In this document: positions 11,801 to 24,574 of the stretch, one piece after another | Layout of the letters: each line of letters opens with the position of its first letter | Position numbering within the stretch: the stretch's first letter is position 1 | Assembly (NCBI GenBank): GCA_950097015.1 | Contig: CATNEN010000038.1 | Location: forward strand, 24,490,001 to 24,554,000 | Direction of reading: 5' to 3' | Length of the DNA: 64,000 nt | DNA from: Macrostomum hystrix | Taxonomy: Eukaryota > Animalia > Platyhelminthes | Made by a program: the position numbers and the translations under genes | Notes under the pieces: generated by a model | The model's input: only the letters and a program-made list of their open reading frames with translations | Told to the model about the DNA's origin: nothing | Databases searched by the model: none

Positions 11801-14800
11801 AATGTGTCTATTTATCTGGGAAATGTGTCTATTTATCTGGGAAAGGTGTCTCTTTATCTGGGAAATGTGTCTATTTATCTGGGAAATGTGTCTATTTATC
11901 TGGGAAAGGTGTCTCTTTATCTGGGAAATGTGTCTATTTATCTGGGAAAGGTGTCTATTTATCTGGGAAAGGTGTCTATTTATCTGGGAAAGGTGTCTAT
12001 TTATCTGGGAAAGGTGTCTATTTATCTGGGAATGGTGTCTATTTATCTGGGAAAGGTGTCTATTTATCTGGGAAAGGTGTCTATTTATCTGGGAAAGGTG
12101 TCTATTTATCTGGGAAATGTGTCTATTTATCTGGGAAATGTGTCTATTTATCTGGGAAAGGTGTCTATTTATCTGGGAAATGTGTCTATTTATCTGGGAA
12201 ATGTGTCTATTTATCTGGGAAATGTGTCTATTTATCTGGGAAAGGTGTCTCTTTATCTGGGAAATGTGTCTATTTATCTGGGAAAGGTGTCTATTTATCT
12301 GGGAATGGTGTCTATTTATCTGGGAATGGTGTCTATTTATCTGGGAAATGTGTCTATTTATCTGGGAAATGTGTCTATTTATCTGGGAAAGGTGTCTATT
12401 TATCTGGGAAATGTGTCTATTTATCTGGGAAATGTGTCTATTTATCTGGGAAAGGTGTCTCTTTATCTGGGAAATGTGTCTATTTATCTGGGAAAGGTGT
12501 CTATTTATCTGGGAATGGTGTCTATTTATCTGGGAAAGGTGTCTATTTATCTGGGAAAGGTGTCTATTTATCTGGGAAAGGTGTCTATTTATCTGGGAAA
12601 TGTGTCTATTTATCTGGGAAAGGTGTCTATTTATCTGGGAAATGTGTCTATTTATCTGGGAAATGTGTCTATTTATCTGGGAAATGTGTCTATTTATCTG
12701 GGAAAGGTGTCTATTTATCTGGGAAATGTGTCTATTTATCTGGGAAAGGTGTCTATTTATCTGGGAAAGGTGTCTATTTATCTGGGAAATGTGTCTATTT
12801 ATCTGGGAAATGTGTCTATTTATCTGGGAAAGGTGTCTATTTATCTGGGAAAGGTGTCTATTTATCTGGGAAAGGTGTCTATTTATCTGGGAAATGTGTC
12901 TATTTATCTGGGAAAGGTGTCTATTTATCTGGGAAAGGTGTCTATTTATCTGGGAAAGGTGTCTATTTATCTGGGAAAGGTGTCTATTTATCTGGGAAAG
13001 GTGTCTATTTATCTGGGAAAGGTGTCTATTTCTCTGGGAAAGGTGTCTATTTATCTGGGAAATGTGTCTATTTATCTGGGAAAGGTGTCTATTTATCTGG
13101 GAAATGTGTCTATTTATCTGGGAAAGGTGTCTATTTATCTGGGAATGGTGTCTATTTATCTGTGAAAGGTGTCTATTTATCTGGGAAAGGTGTCTATTTA
13201 TCTGGGAAATGTGTCTATTTATCTGGGAAAGGTGTCTATTTATCTGGGAAAGGTGTCTATTTATCTGGGAAATGTGTCTATTTATCTGGGAAATGTGTCT
13301 ATTTATCTGGGAAAGGTGTCTATTTATCTGGGAAAGGTGTCTATTTATCTAGGAAATGTGTCTTTTTATCTGGGAAAGGTGTCTATTTATCTGGGAAAGG
13401 TGTCTATTTATCTGGGAAATGTGTCTATTTATCTGGGAAATGTGTCTATTTATCTGGGAAAGGTGTCTATTTATCCGGGATATGTGTCTATTTATCTGGG
13501 AAAGGTGTCTATTTATCTGGGAAATGTGTCTATTTATCTGGGAAAGGTGTCTATTTATCTGGGAAAGGTGTCTATTTATCTGGGAAAGGTGTCTATTTAT
13601 TTATCACACTCTTGTACTGATAAAATTTAACCGATGAACTAAACTATGATAGCACACAAATTCTTGACTAACAGGCTTGCCGAATCCATAGCTGGTCCAT
13701 TTCATTTTTCCGTTAGTATTGAGCTCAGTAGTCTTGTTTTCTGGAATTTAAGTATTTTTTAATTAACTACTAGAAGTAAAACTAGCGAAAATTGCTAATA
13801 TTTTTTTAATTATATAAAAATTTAACAAACCGAAAATCGACTGAATTTCGCTAATGTGAGCCTGCGGAGTGAGCTGAAAGTACACCTCACCATTGGTGAT
13901 GTTCACGCTGAAATAAAGTGAATGAAAGAAAGAAAATTGGCAAGTAAGCTGTGTAAAAATATTTTTTATAGAAATGAGATAGAGAAGAGATGATACTGAG
14001 CATGATTAGGACAGGAAAGATACGAGACGGAGAGAGATGAGACAAGGGAGAGATGAGACAAGGGAGAGATGCGACAGGGGAGAGATGCGACAGGGGAGAG
14101 ATGAGACTGGGGGGATGAGACTGGGAGGGATGAGACTAGGGAGGGATGCTACAGGGGAAAGATGAGACTGGGGAGAGATAAGACTTTAGAGAGATAAGAC
14201 TTTAGAGAGATGAGACAGGGGAGAGACGAGACAGGGGTGACAATGACACTGTTGAGAGATGAGATAGGGGAGAGGGAGACAGGGGAGAGGGAGACAGGGG
14301 AGAGGGAGACAGGGGAGAGATGAGACAGGGGAGAAGGAGACGGGGGAGAGGGAGACAGGGGAGAGAAGAGACAGGGGAGAGAAGAGACAGGGGAGAGAAG
14401 AGACAGGGAGAGATGAGACAGGGAGAGATGAGACAGGGAGAGAAGAGACAGGGGAGAGAAGAGACAGGGGAGAGAAGAGACAGGGGAGAGAAGAGACAGG
14501 GGAGAGAAGAGACAGGGGAGAGAAGAGACAGGGGAGAGAAGAGACAGGGAGAGATGAGACAGGGAGAGAAGAGACAGGGGAGAGAAGAGACAGGGGAGAG
14601 AAGAGACAGGGAGAGAAGAGACAGGGGAGAGAAGAGACAGGGAGAGAAGAGACAGGGAGAGAAGAGACAGGGGAGAGAAGAGACAGGGGAGAGAAGAGAC
14701 AGGGGAGAGAAGAGACAGGGGAGAGAAGAGACAGGGAGAGAAGAGACAGGGAGAGAAGAGACAGGGAGAGAAGAGACAGGGAGAGAAGAGACAGGGAGAG

Positions 14801-17800
14801 AAGAGACAGGGAGAGATGAGACAGGGAGAGATGAGACAGGGGAGAGAAGAGACAGAAGGCCTTATCAGAGCCGCATAGCAGAGTTAGCAGAGCACAGCAG
14901 CACCAGATTCTATTCCATTAGTTATCACACAGGCACACAGATTCTCACCTGCAATCATCGCAGAGTATAGGGTGGCCGGACAGACGGTTCAGTCGTGAAA
15001 TAAACCCGGAAATATCGGATTCTTTTAGCGAGCTGTTAGTGAGTATTTTAGGCAAAATATAAAGAAACACGAACAAAGCTTTTAAAATGAATTATTCTAA
15101 CACTCATATTTGATAAATCTCTTTTCTCACCTGGTCTTGTCAAATCGAACCCACAGGTAGCTGCCATCAATGAAGGCCGGGTCGGCCTGCCTCTTGTTCA
15201 ACTGCTCGCGCAACAGCAGGCGGTGCATTCGGACGCGTGGCTTTGGCTGCTTGACCTGAGGACCAGCGTGATGGTGCCTTCGGGACGGCGGCGGAGACGG
15301 CGCTGGAGCAGGCTTGTCCTTGAATCTTCTCGCAGAGTCATCGTTCTCAGTGTCTCCAGTCGTTGACACGGCTTCATCAATTATTTCAGGTGTCAAATAG
15401 TTTGTTTTAGTAAGCTCGGACTCAATGGGTCTTGGCAGCGTTCCTGGAAAAAACGGGCAAGCAAGTATTTTCTTTTGGGAAATTTCGGTTTGGATGAATT
15501 CTGGTTTGGGAAGATTCTAGCTTCGGGAGATTCTAGTTTAGGAAGATTCTAGTTTGGTAAGATTCTAGTTTGGGAAGATTCTAGTTTGGGAAGATTCTAG
15601 TCTGGGAAGATTCTAGTCTGGGAAGATTCTAGTTTGGGAAGATTCTAGTTTGGGAAGATTCTAGTTTGGGAAGATTCTACTTTGGGAACATTCAAGTTTG
15701 GGAAGATTCTACTTTGGGAACATTCTAGTTTGGGAAGGTTCTAGTTTGTGAAGATTCTTGTTTGGGAAGATTCTAGTTTGGGAAGATTCTAGTCTGGGAA
15801 GATTCTTGCTTTTAATGAGCCTGTTTTGGGAAGATTCTAGTTTGGGAAGATTCTAGTTTGGGAAGATTCTACTTTGGGAACATTCAAGTTTGGGAAGGTT
15901 CTAGTTTGTAAAGATTCTTGTTTGGGAAGATTCTAGTTTCGGAAGATTCTAGTTTGGGAAGATTCTTGCTTTTGAAGAGCCTGTTTTGGGAAGATTCTGG
16001 TTTGGGAAGATTCTGGTTTGAGAAGGTTCTAGTTTGGGAAGATTCTAGTTTGGGAAGATTCTAGTTTTGGAAGATTCTAGTTTGGGAAGATTCTAGTTTG
16101 GGAAGATTCTGATTTTTAAGTTGCTGTTTCAGAAGATTCTAGTTTGGGATGATTCTTGTATGGGAAGATTTTAGTTTGGGGAGATTTTAGATAGCGAAGA
16201 TTAGTAAAGGAATATTGTGGTTTGCGATGATTCTCGGAAATTTCGCGTCGAATCTATAACAGAACTAGTCGCTAAAAAAACCGCAGCCGTCTGTTGTTGA
16301 GGTGTCCTTATCGCACCTGGTTACAAAAGTGTCCAAGAAGAATATTTTTGTAGCCTAAAAGCCATATTATAAGCTTATAAGTATTTGAGCTTAGTCGAGG
16401 AGAATGCAATCATATTTTTATCACATACTCGTACTAGCAAAATGACCCAAAACGTTGCTGCACAGAATTTAGTGTCTTATGGATAATGATTTATTGCTAT
16501 GTGTAAATAACTGCGATATTGAAAAAATCTATCATATCTACTTAATGGTATAGTAGTATAGAAGCTTGTACACGTAATGTACAGAAAATTGTATAAAAAT
16601 GTTAACTTCCTGATGGCTACTGCAACCATGAAATTGATCAAATCTGTGAATAGTAAGGCCTTGTTAAACGATTAATCCAACCCTAGATAATCTGATGCAC
16701 ATTTAGTGCACATTTACCAGCGTAGTGACAACTCGCGCCTCTGGATTAACTTCCATCATTTTCATCAGCATTTGCCTAGTTAAAGCATCCGTTATACTGT
16801 ACTGGGAGTGAAAGGGAGAGAGAGGCAAAGAGGAGAGAGAGGGGTAGAGAAAGAGAGACAGAGTACATCTACTTACATGTTGCTCAGACTGACAATGTAC
16901 ACTGTTACTATAGGTTGAAAATATTTCCTGTGGAACTCAAAGGATAGGCAAGGATGGATGTAGCTTGGAGGGGAAGAGAGAATAGGGGAGAGAAGGGATC
17001 TCTTTTTCGAAACGACTAACAGTGCGTGGGTGTGAGGACACGGCCTGAGAGCCTTCAACTTCCTCAAACTAAGCTGAGAACTCGCAGCGACTGCCTTGTC
17101 GTACAGTCTTTGCGGCTGTATTGGGTGGGGAAATTTTTCCTCATCTACCTAACCTACCTCAGCGCCCGGCCTCCCTTTACAGTTGGGCTTCAGAAAAAAT
17201 ATGTGGGCAGAAAGATGTGGAGAGAGAGAGAGATGAGATGAGATGAGCACTAACTAGGCCAGACAGACTCAATTCAGGCCACCATCAGCTATTTTTTTTC
17301 TTTCCTTAAGTAAAGTCGCAGCCATATATGGTAAAAAATATATATAATAGGCTTTGTAGCCAAGTGGCTAGAGCGTCGACCTCACGACTAGAAGGTCGGG
17401 GGTTCGATTCCAGAAAATGATCTAATAAATGTATAAAATAGACTGAAGACAAGAAAATATCTTCCGATTGTGAATTTTCTGCTTACAAAATCACCTAATA
17501 GAGGAGACAAAAATATACTCTAATTTCCGCAACATGCAAATTGTCAATTTTCTCAGCTTGCTAATTTTCGAGTAACTTTGAAAGTAAACTGTAAATTTTC
17601 AGAAAAACTGAGTTTGAATATAGGTTTATACTCGTAGGAGAGAGAACTCATCCAATTTATCCCTTACGGAAAACATGAAAAAGAAAACTTGCTAGCGGAG
17701 GCCTTTAGTCAAATCTATTTTTAGAGAGCAAAGAAAGTCTGAGCCTTTATTAATCCCCAGAAAATCGCCTTAATTTGAATCCTTAATTCTTTCAAATGAC

Positions 17801-20800
17801 ACAAATTACACGTTAAATATAGCTTAAAATGTATCTGTTGTATCATCTTTTTCAGGAAATACAATACTATTAAAGCAGTTAAAAAAAACTCATACTTTAT
17901 CTCCTCGCTTTTCTCTAGAGATATAGATGTCCCGATTTTGACCCGATATCCCATCTTATCGTATCTATCTAATATCCCCATCTAATGTCACTATCTAATA
18001 TCCCTATCTAATATCCCAAACTAATATCCCTAACTAATATCCCTATCGAATATCACTATCTAATATCCCTATCTAATATCCCTATCTAATATCCCTATCT
18101 AATATCCCTATCTAATATCCCTAACTAATATCCCTATCTAATGTCACTATCTAATATCCCTATCTAATATCCCTAACTAATATCCCTATCTAATGTCACT
18201 ATCTAATATCCCTATCTAATATCCCTAACTAATATCCCTATCTAATATCCCTCTCTAATATCCCTATCTAATATCCCTAACTAATATCCCTAACTAATAT
18301 CTCTCTCTAATATCCCTAACTAATATCCCTAACTAATATCCCTATCTAATATCCCTATCTAATATCTCTATCTAATGTCCCTATCTAATGTCCCTATCTA
18401 ATGTCCTTATCTAATATCCCTATCTAATGTCCCTATCTAATGTCCCCATCTAATATCCCTATCTAATATCCCTATCTAATATCCCTATCTAATGTCCCTA
18501 TTTAATATCCCTATCTCATGACCCTATCTAATATCCCTATCTAATATCCCTAACTAATATCCCTAACTAATATCTCTCTCTAATATCCCTAACTAATATC
18601 CCTAACTAATATCCCTATCTAATATCCCTATCTAATATCTCTATCTAATGTCCCTATCAAATGTCCCTATCTAATGTCCTTATCTAATATCCCTATCTAA
18701 TGTCCCTATCTAATGTCCCCATCTAATATCCCTATCTAATATCCCTATCTAATATCCCTATCTAATGTCCCTATTTAATATCCCTATCTCATGACCCTAT
18801 CTAATATCCCTATCTAATATCCCTATCTAATATCCCTATCTAATTTCCCTATCTAATATCACCATCTAATATCACCATCTAATATCACTATCTAATATCA
18901 CTATCTAATATCCCTATCTAATATCTCTATCTAATGTCCCTATATAATGTCCCTATCTAATGTCCTTATCTAATATCCCTATCTAATATCACCATCTAAT
19001 ATCACCATCTAATATCCCTAACTAATATCCCTATCTAATATCCCTATCTAATATCTCTATCTAATGTCCCTATCTAATGTCCCTATCTAATGTCCCTATC
19101 TAATGTCCTTATCTAATATCCCTATCTAATGTCCCTATCTAATGTCCCTATCTAATATCCCTATCTAATATCCCTATCTAATATCCCTATCTAATGTCCC
19201 TATTTAATGTCCCTATCTCATGACCCTATCTAATATCCCTATCTCATATCCCTATCTAATATCCCTATCTAATGTCCCTATTTAATGTCCCTATCTCATG
19301 ACCCTATCTAATATCCCTATCTAATATCACCATCTAATATCACCATCTAATATCACTATCTAATGTCCCTATCTAATATCCCTATCTAGTATCCCCATCT
19401 CATATCTACCTAAAATCCCATCTATGCTCACGTTATTACTAATCTCCATTTATCTAATGTCCATTAATCAAAGTCTAGTCGGCTCTAGACTTACCGGGTT
19501 GCAATAACTCTCTGGGAAGCTTTGAGTCTTCATCCGATCTCGGCTCTTCCTCATCGCTACTAGTCTTTGTCACTGGCAAGGCTTCGTCCAACTGGGCTTC
19601 AGTCTCCTGCTTCATCATTACTGCCTTCATCAGCTTTAAGAACTGGTCCTCGTGTTGCTGACGCCTGGCTTGCCATTTATCTAATTAAAAAATAATTATT
19701 CATTTTAAGAACAAGACAATGCACAGAAACCTTCTGGGCTCGTTATATTAATCTTAGTATGACGTCAGAATTAAAAAATAGAAACATGTGCTTGACAAAT
19801 CATGGTCCGTTAGACAAGAGCAAAACTAGTTAGAAATTAGTGTCACCTGTTAGAAATGAGTGTCACCTGTTAGATATGAGTATCACCTGTTAGATATGAG
19901 TGTCACCTGTTAGATATGAGTGTCAACTGTTAGATATGAGTGTCAACTGTTAGAAATGAGAGTCACATGTTATATATGAGTGTCACCTGTTAGATATGAG
20001 TGTCACCTGTTAGATATGAGTGTCAACTGTTAGAAATGAGAGTCACATGTTATATATGAGTGTCACCTGTTAGATATTAGTGTCACCTGTTAGAAATGAG
20101 TGTCACCTGTTAGATATGAGTGTCACCTGTTAGATATGAGTGTCACCTGTTAGAAATGAGTGTCACCTGTTAGATATGAGTGTCAACTGTTAGACAAGAG
20201 CGTCACCTGTTAGAAGAGAGCAAAACCTGTTAGAGAAGAGCACAACTTGTTAGACACGAGCATAGCCTGTTAGACCAGAGTGTAACATGTTAGACAATAG
20301 TATAGCCTGTTAGACAAGAGCGTCACCTGTAAGACATGGGCGTCACCTGTTAGACAAGAGCATGACCTGTTAGATCATAGTGTAACGTGTTAGACAATAG
20401 CAAACCTGTTAGACAAGAGCATAACCTGTTAGACAAGAGCATAACCTGTTAGACAAGAGCATAACCTGTTAGACAAGAGCATAACCTGTTAGACAAGAGC
20501 AAAACCTGTTAGACAAGAGCATAACCTGTTAGACAAGAGCAAAACCTGTTAGACAAGAGCATAACCTGTTAGACAAGAGCATAACCTGTTAGACAAGAGC
20601 ATAACCTGTTAGACAAGAGCATAACCTGTTAGACAAGAGCATAACCTGTTAGACAAGAGCATAACCTGTTAGACAAGAGCATAACCTGTTAGACAAGAGC
20701 ATAACCTGTTAGACAAGATCATGACCTGTTAGACAAGAGCATGACCTGTTAGACAAGAGCATAACCTGTTAGACAAGAGCATAACCTGTTAGACAAGAGC

Positions 20801-21831
20801 ATAACCTGTTAGACAAGAGCATAACCTGTTAGACAAGAGCATAACCTGTTAGACAAGATCATGACCTGACAGCGTCATTTGATTGACATGAGAGTCTATA
20901 AATAAATCATAAAGAGGTGCAGGAACTAGGAATCCAATCAATAGCTCACCTAGAATCCGTTCAGCTTCTGCCACTGCAGCCGCCGCCTCCGCCTCCGCCT
21001 CTCGCCGCTTCTCCGGAATGTCCAGTTCATATTCGTACTTCTTGCGCTGCAGAAGCTCTAGACGTTTCGCGAGCCGATCAAAGAAGGTCACATCCGGGAC
21101 GCTGGCCGACGATAAGCGCTCGACTTTTTCGAAATTACGACATACAGTCAAATCGGTTGGTATCTCCATGCTGTTTGTTAGTTCAAAATTTAAAAGCTTA
21201 AAGTTAATAAAATCTTACATATTGAAATGCCTGAACAGTTAGAAAAGCAATTAATACAGTTTCTAAAATGCCGATTTTACCTGCCGCAGATGAGGGCAGC
21301 CCGCACGCAGCACTGCGTGTAGCGGTCATGCCAGGTGTAATTCCGCTCTAACAGATTCGACAAAATGGTTCGCAGATCTCGCTGCAGCTCCGGTGGTAGT
21401 CGGTAAGTAAATTTGGTCATGTCCGAGTACTGCGCAATGCAAGTCCCGAATAAGCCGTCTGCGAAACGTAAATCGCAGAAGTTAACTAGGATCTATAGAA
21501 GCTAGAGTACGAGAAACACTGGCAAAATAATGCTTACCATCCATGCAGTTGTCTTCGATGGGGCACACATCTTTGTCATACAAGCATCCTGCGATTCAGA
21601 AAAAATGAAGGAATATTTAACTTATTTATATATAGAGTGCTGCAGCTAAAGTCTGATATTGATGTACTTACCGACGTTCTGGTTTTCAATGAGTTCTAGC
21701 TGCGATGCGAATTCTCGCTTGAAGTTTTCTTCGAAATTTTGCTGTGCAATGCTTTCCAGCGACGAACCTAAAACTGACGAAAAAAGGAACAGAATCAAAA
21801 TTACCTTTCGGCCCACGTGTGGAGCCATCAT
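4392..21831 (-). CDS. PTPRN: Receptor-type tyrosine-protein phosphatase N / IA-2 (phogrin) ortholog, 15 exons, 3' end outside window
   Basis: Phase-consistent GT-AG exons: 21672-21831, 21538-21588, 21281-21458, 20950-21170, 19495-19680, 15131-15443, 14949-15032, 13831-13907, 13673-13740, 10804-11132, 7444-7498, 6409-6556, 5397-5674, 4543-4709, 4392-4445. Signal peptide; RESP18-like domain ([23 protein letters not shown]); KR processing site; TM helix; [18 protein letters not shown]; [15 protein letters not shown]; DFWQMVWE; [22 protein letters not shown]; [17 protein letters not shown]. Confidence 0.95.
4741..5275. repeat. 16-bp minisatellite (TCTCATCTCTCCCGTG)n
   Basis: Direct reading; reverse complement of the 14030 array. 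Confidence 0.95.
5838..6348. repeat. 19-bp minisatellite (TTGAAGGACCAGTGTGTGT)n
   Basis: Direct reading; intronic. Confidence 0.95.
6594..7372. repeat. 32-bp minisatellite (ATTGGTCATTCCATCGGTAGGTAAAGTGGGGG)n
   Basis: Direct reading; intronic. Confidence 0.95.
8067..9068. repeat. About 1 kb (ACTG)n microsatellite with leader AGACCTGCTTC
   Basis: Direct reading. Confidence 0.95.
9648..10690. repeat. 24-bp minisatellite (CTCAAATCCTCGCCTAATTCTCCC)n
   Basis: Direct reading; intronic. Confidence 0.95.
11255..13600. repeat. 21-bp minisatellite (GGTGTCTATTTATCTGGGAAA)n
   Basis: About 2.3 kb array with AAAGG/AAATG/AATGG variants. Confidence 0.97.
14030..14856. repeat. 15-16-bp minisatellite (GAGACAGGGGAGAGAW)n
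   Basis: Direct reading. Confidence 0.93.
15495..16190. repeat. 16-bp minisatellite (GGGAAGATTCTAGTTT)n
   Basis: Direct reading. Confidence 0.93.
17350..17412 (+). mobile_element. SINE family 1 tRNA-like head only
   Basis: A box TAGCCAAGTGG, B box GGTTCGATTCC; matches the heads at 24257 and 54848. Confidence 0.7.
17960..19410. repeat. 13-bp minisatellite (TAATATCCCTATC)n
   Basis: Direct reading. Confidence 0.95.
19828..20868. repeat. 20-bp minisatellite with two subtypes (TGTCACCTGTTAGATATGAG / ATAACCTGTTAGACAAGAGC)
   Basis: Direct reading; reads CTAACAG|GT in the PTPRN transcript sense. Confidence 0.95.
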
Positions 21832-22710
21832 TAATAGATTTGCGCTGTTGTTAAAACAGCGACATCTTATCAGATGTTAAGCTATCTAATAATTGAGCTA
21901 AATAATGTCCCAGCAAGAGAAAAAGCGCCGAACTGAGGCAAAGGCAGTTTTAAAAGAAAAAAAGAAAACAATTCTCGATAACTTTTTGGAAATAACATTT
22001 ACATTTTACGTTAAGATAATATAAGACATAGCTAAGCTGCTATTTTTAGTATATTAGAAGCTTTTGCGCACGCTAATTTTTCAAAATGTATATTTAGAAT
22101 TGTTATAAATAATAAGTTCTTTGAAAAATTCAAAACCATTTTAAAGGGTTCTTTTAAGATCGCTGTATTTATGCTGACTGCTGGCTACAGGCTACGTCCA
22201 TAAGAAATCACTTTTCCCTTTCCTTTTCCTACAAGATCCTTTTCCCTACTTATACAAACAAGAAATTGCATCATAGTTCAGCAAATATATAAATGGCTCA
22301 TCGAATAACGTTTGTCTCCAGTGCTTCAAAGTTGATTTCACCACTGCGCATCCCATTTAGGTAACTAGCTAAAGTAAAAGAATAGAACATTGTTAAGCAT
22401 TAGTAATTATATATCTAGATATAGTATCCACCATAATCGCATGAGAAATTATTTCTATAAGCTAGCTAACAAGTCAAATACATTGTTTGGCCTTTGCAGT
22501 TAAACTAAAGAGCAGTAAAACAGTATTAATATTTTACTTATACTTACAGAAGATACTTTCCTATTCTCAAACTTTCTTTTGGATTATAGGCCTAATAATA
22601 AAATATACAAAGATTATGCATGGCCTAAGAGTGCTTTTTAGTTTCTACACAAAACTGAAAAAATTGACTATCCCAAACCTGAAATTTCTGACAATAGGCC
22701 TATACATGTT

Positions 22711-22990
22711 CATACATGTGCAACCTCCCAAATCTTAGCTGGCCGTGCGACTTAGTTTTTGCTCTCATTTGCAACTTAGTTCATTTCATTGGTCAATTTA
22801 CAACTTAGTTTGCTCTCATTTGCTCTCTTTTTCTCTCCCCTTTTTCCTTTTTTTCACACCTTCCTTTTTTTCCCTTGGTCCCCCCTTTGATTTTTTTGCG
22901 CTTGGTTGATTGGTTTTTGCGACTTACCTTGCTTGCCCCTTGTTTCACCTGGCTGGTTCAGCCGGGTCGGCTGGGTGTTGCGCATGTATG
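22711..22990. mobile_element. Non-autonomous DNA transposon (hAT-like MITE), copy 1
   Basis: TIR CATACATGYGCAAC...GTTGCGCATGTATG; closely similar to 44165-44436. Confidence 0.85.
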
Positions 22991-24256
22991 ATTGAGTTGC
23001 TTCAAGGGTTAGTTAGTATTAGAAAGTGGCGCTGGATAGGTGCTGTGGGGGGAACAGAAAGCAAAAGTTAGGTTACTTAGCTATGAATTGAACGATCAAA
23101 CAAATAGATTAGGCATGAGTCAGTGTCCTTTAGGGTAATATATCATCAACCAAACAAGAATGTGTCTTTTTTTAACTTCAAACCTAAGCTACAGATTTTC
23201 TATTTAAGATATGATGATAAATCAAAAGCCAAGTTATAGAAAACAGTTACATCTTTCTAAAAAGTATCTGCTTTTGCTATTTTCTCAAATAGAAAAAAAA
23301 GTTATTCCTGCTTTTTATCTAAAACCAAACATTGATTTTCATGTATCTTCAAACCAAACAGAGAATTTGATGTTTGGTTTTACAATTTGAGTGAGTGGTT
23401 TAATCTTATTTTAAGGAGTGAACTATCATGAATTATGTAATTTGAAAGCATTTTTCATGCTCTATAAATAACTACATTTATGGTCATTTAATTGGAAAGC
23501 AACCATATACAATCTTCGTCTAAAGTACATACTGAAAAAATGTAGTTAAAAAGTATGCTTTTGCAATAAAAATTTCTACTGAAACATCAATATCTTTCTT
23601 TCCTCTTAATGCTTCATTGCACATCATGCCTCAGCTTGTAGATAATTTCTTCAACTTTCAAATTAGTTGTTCTGTGAAACACAATAGCTTGTTTCTGTCT
23701 TGCACAAGACCAAAGAAGAAGTCAAAATTCTTGTTCAGTTTTGAAGATACACTGTTTGGTTGATGATACATTACCCTATATGTTCTAACAGGGGTCTATG
23801 TTTATCTCAGATTTAAGTGTGAGACAAACAGAAGCTTGTTATATTTTGTACAAGAGTAGAGTTGAATGGAAGAACTAATGGAGGGGTGGTTGATAGAGTT
23901 GATGATTTTTGTGTCTCATTCCTTAAGATTCAATGCCCCAAAAGATAGAATGAACATTTGCTCTCACTAGCAGCCCTAGTGAGAGCATTGATAATATTAT
24001 ATAGGTAAATTGTGTACCCAAAATTGAAAGTGACTCAAAAACTGCTAAAAAACTTCATGTTATCTCTATAAGGGATGTATCAAATAAAAAATCAAGAAGT
24101 TATAATTGCCATTTAAAATTAGTGTTTTGTCCTATTTCATTTTGTAGTAAATACTAGTTTTGGGCATAGAAAGTTCACAAAAAGTGCACAATTTGTCCCC
24201 CTAAAATAATACAGCATATTTTAGGCCTATACTCTAATTATAATTATAGACCATAG

Positions 24257-24574
24257 AGGTTGCAGCCTAGTGGTTAGGGCATCAGACTCACAACTTGAAG
24301 GTCGGGGGTTCGATTCAGACCAACTCCACTGGAACAATTTGTGTCCATTAGCAAGACACTTAACTCTGCATTGCTTCAGTTCACCCAGCTGTTAAATGGG
24401 TACCAGCATCAGCTGGGATAATTGAAGGTGGGTGTGGCATCCCCCCAGTCCATGGACTGAACAGCTGTATGCAGCCTTCAGATGCGCCGCACAATAGCTG
24501 CAGCTGTGCTGTCGGCTGAACATCTGGCCCAATTGGGGCAGGTGTAATCAATTATTATTATTATTATTATTATT
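24257..24574 (+). mobile_element. SINE family 1 (tRNA-derived, CORE-like), full length
   Basis: A/B boxes; central TGTGTCCATTAGCAAGACACTTAACTC...CAGTTCACCCAGCTGTTAAATGGG resembles the CORE/MIR domain; (ATT)n tail; TSD-like AGACCATAG/AGACTATAG. Confidence 0.85.

Noticed and set aside
11170-13637. Long ORFs (816, 702 and 628 aa) of heptapeptide repeats
   Set aside because: They are translations of a 21-bp minisatellite lacking stop codons, antisense within a PTPRN intron.
17350-17412. tRNA gene
   Set aside because: No complete cloverleaf; it matches SINE heads elsewhere in the window.
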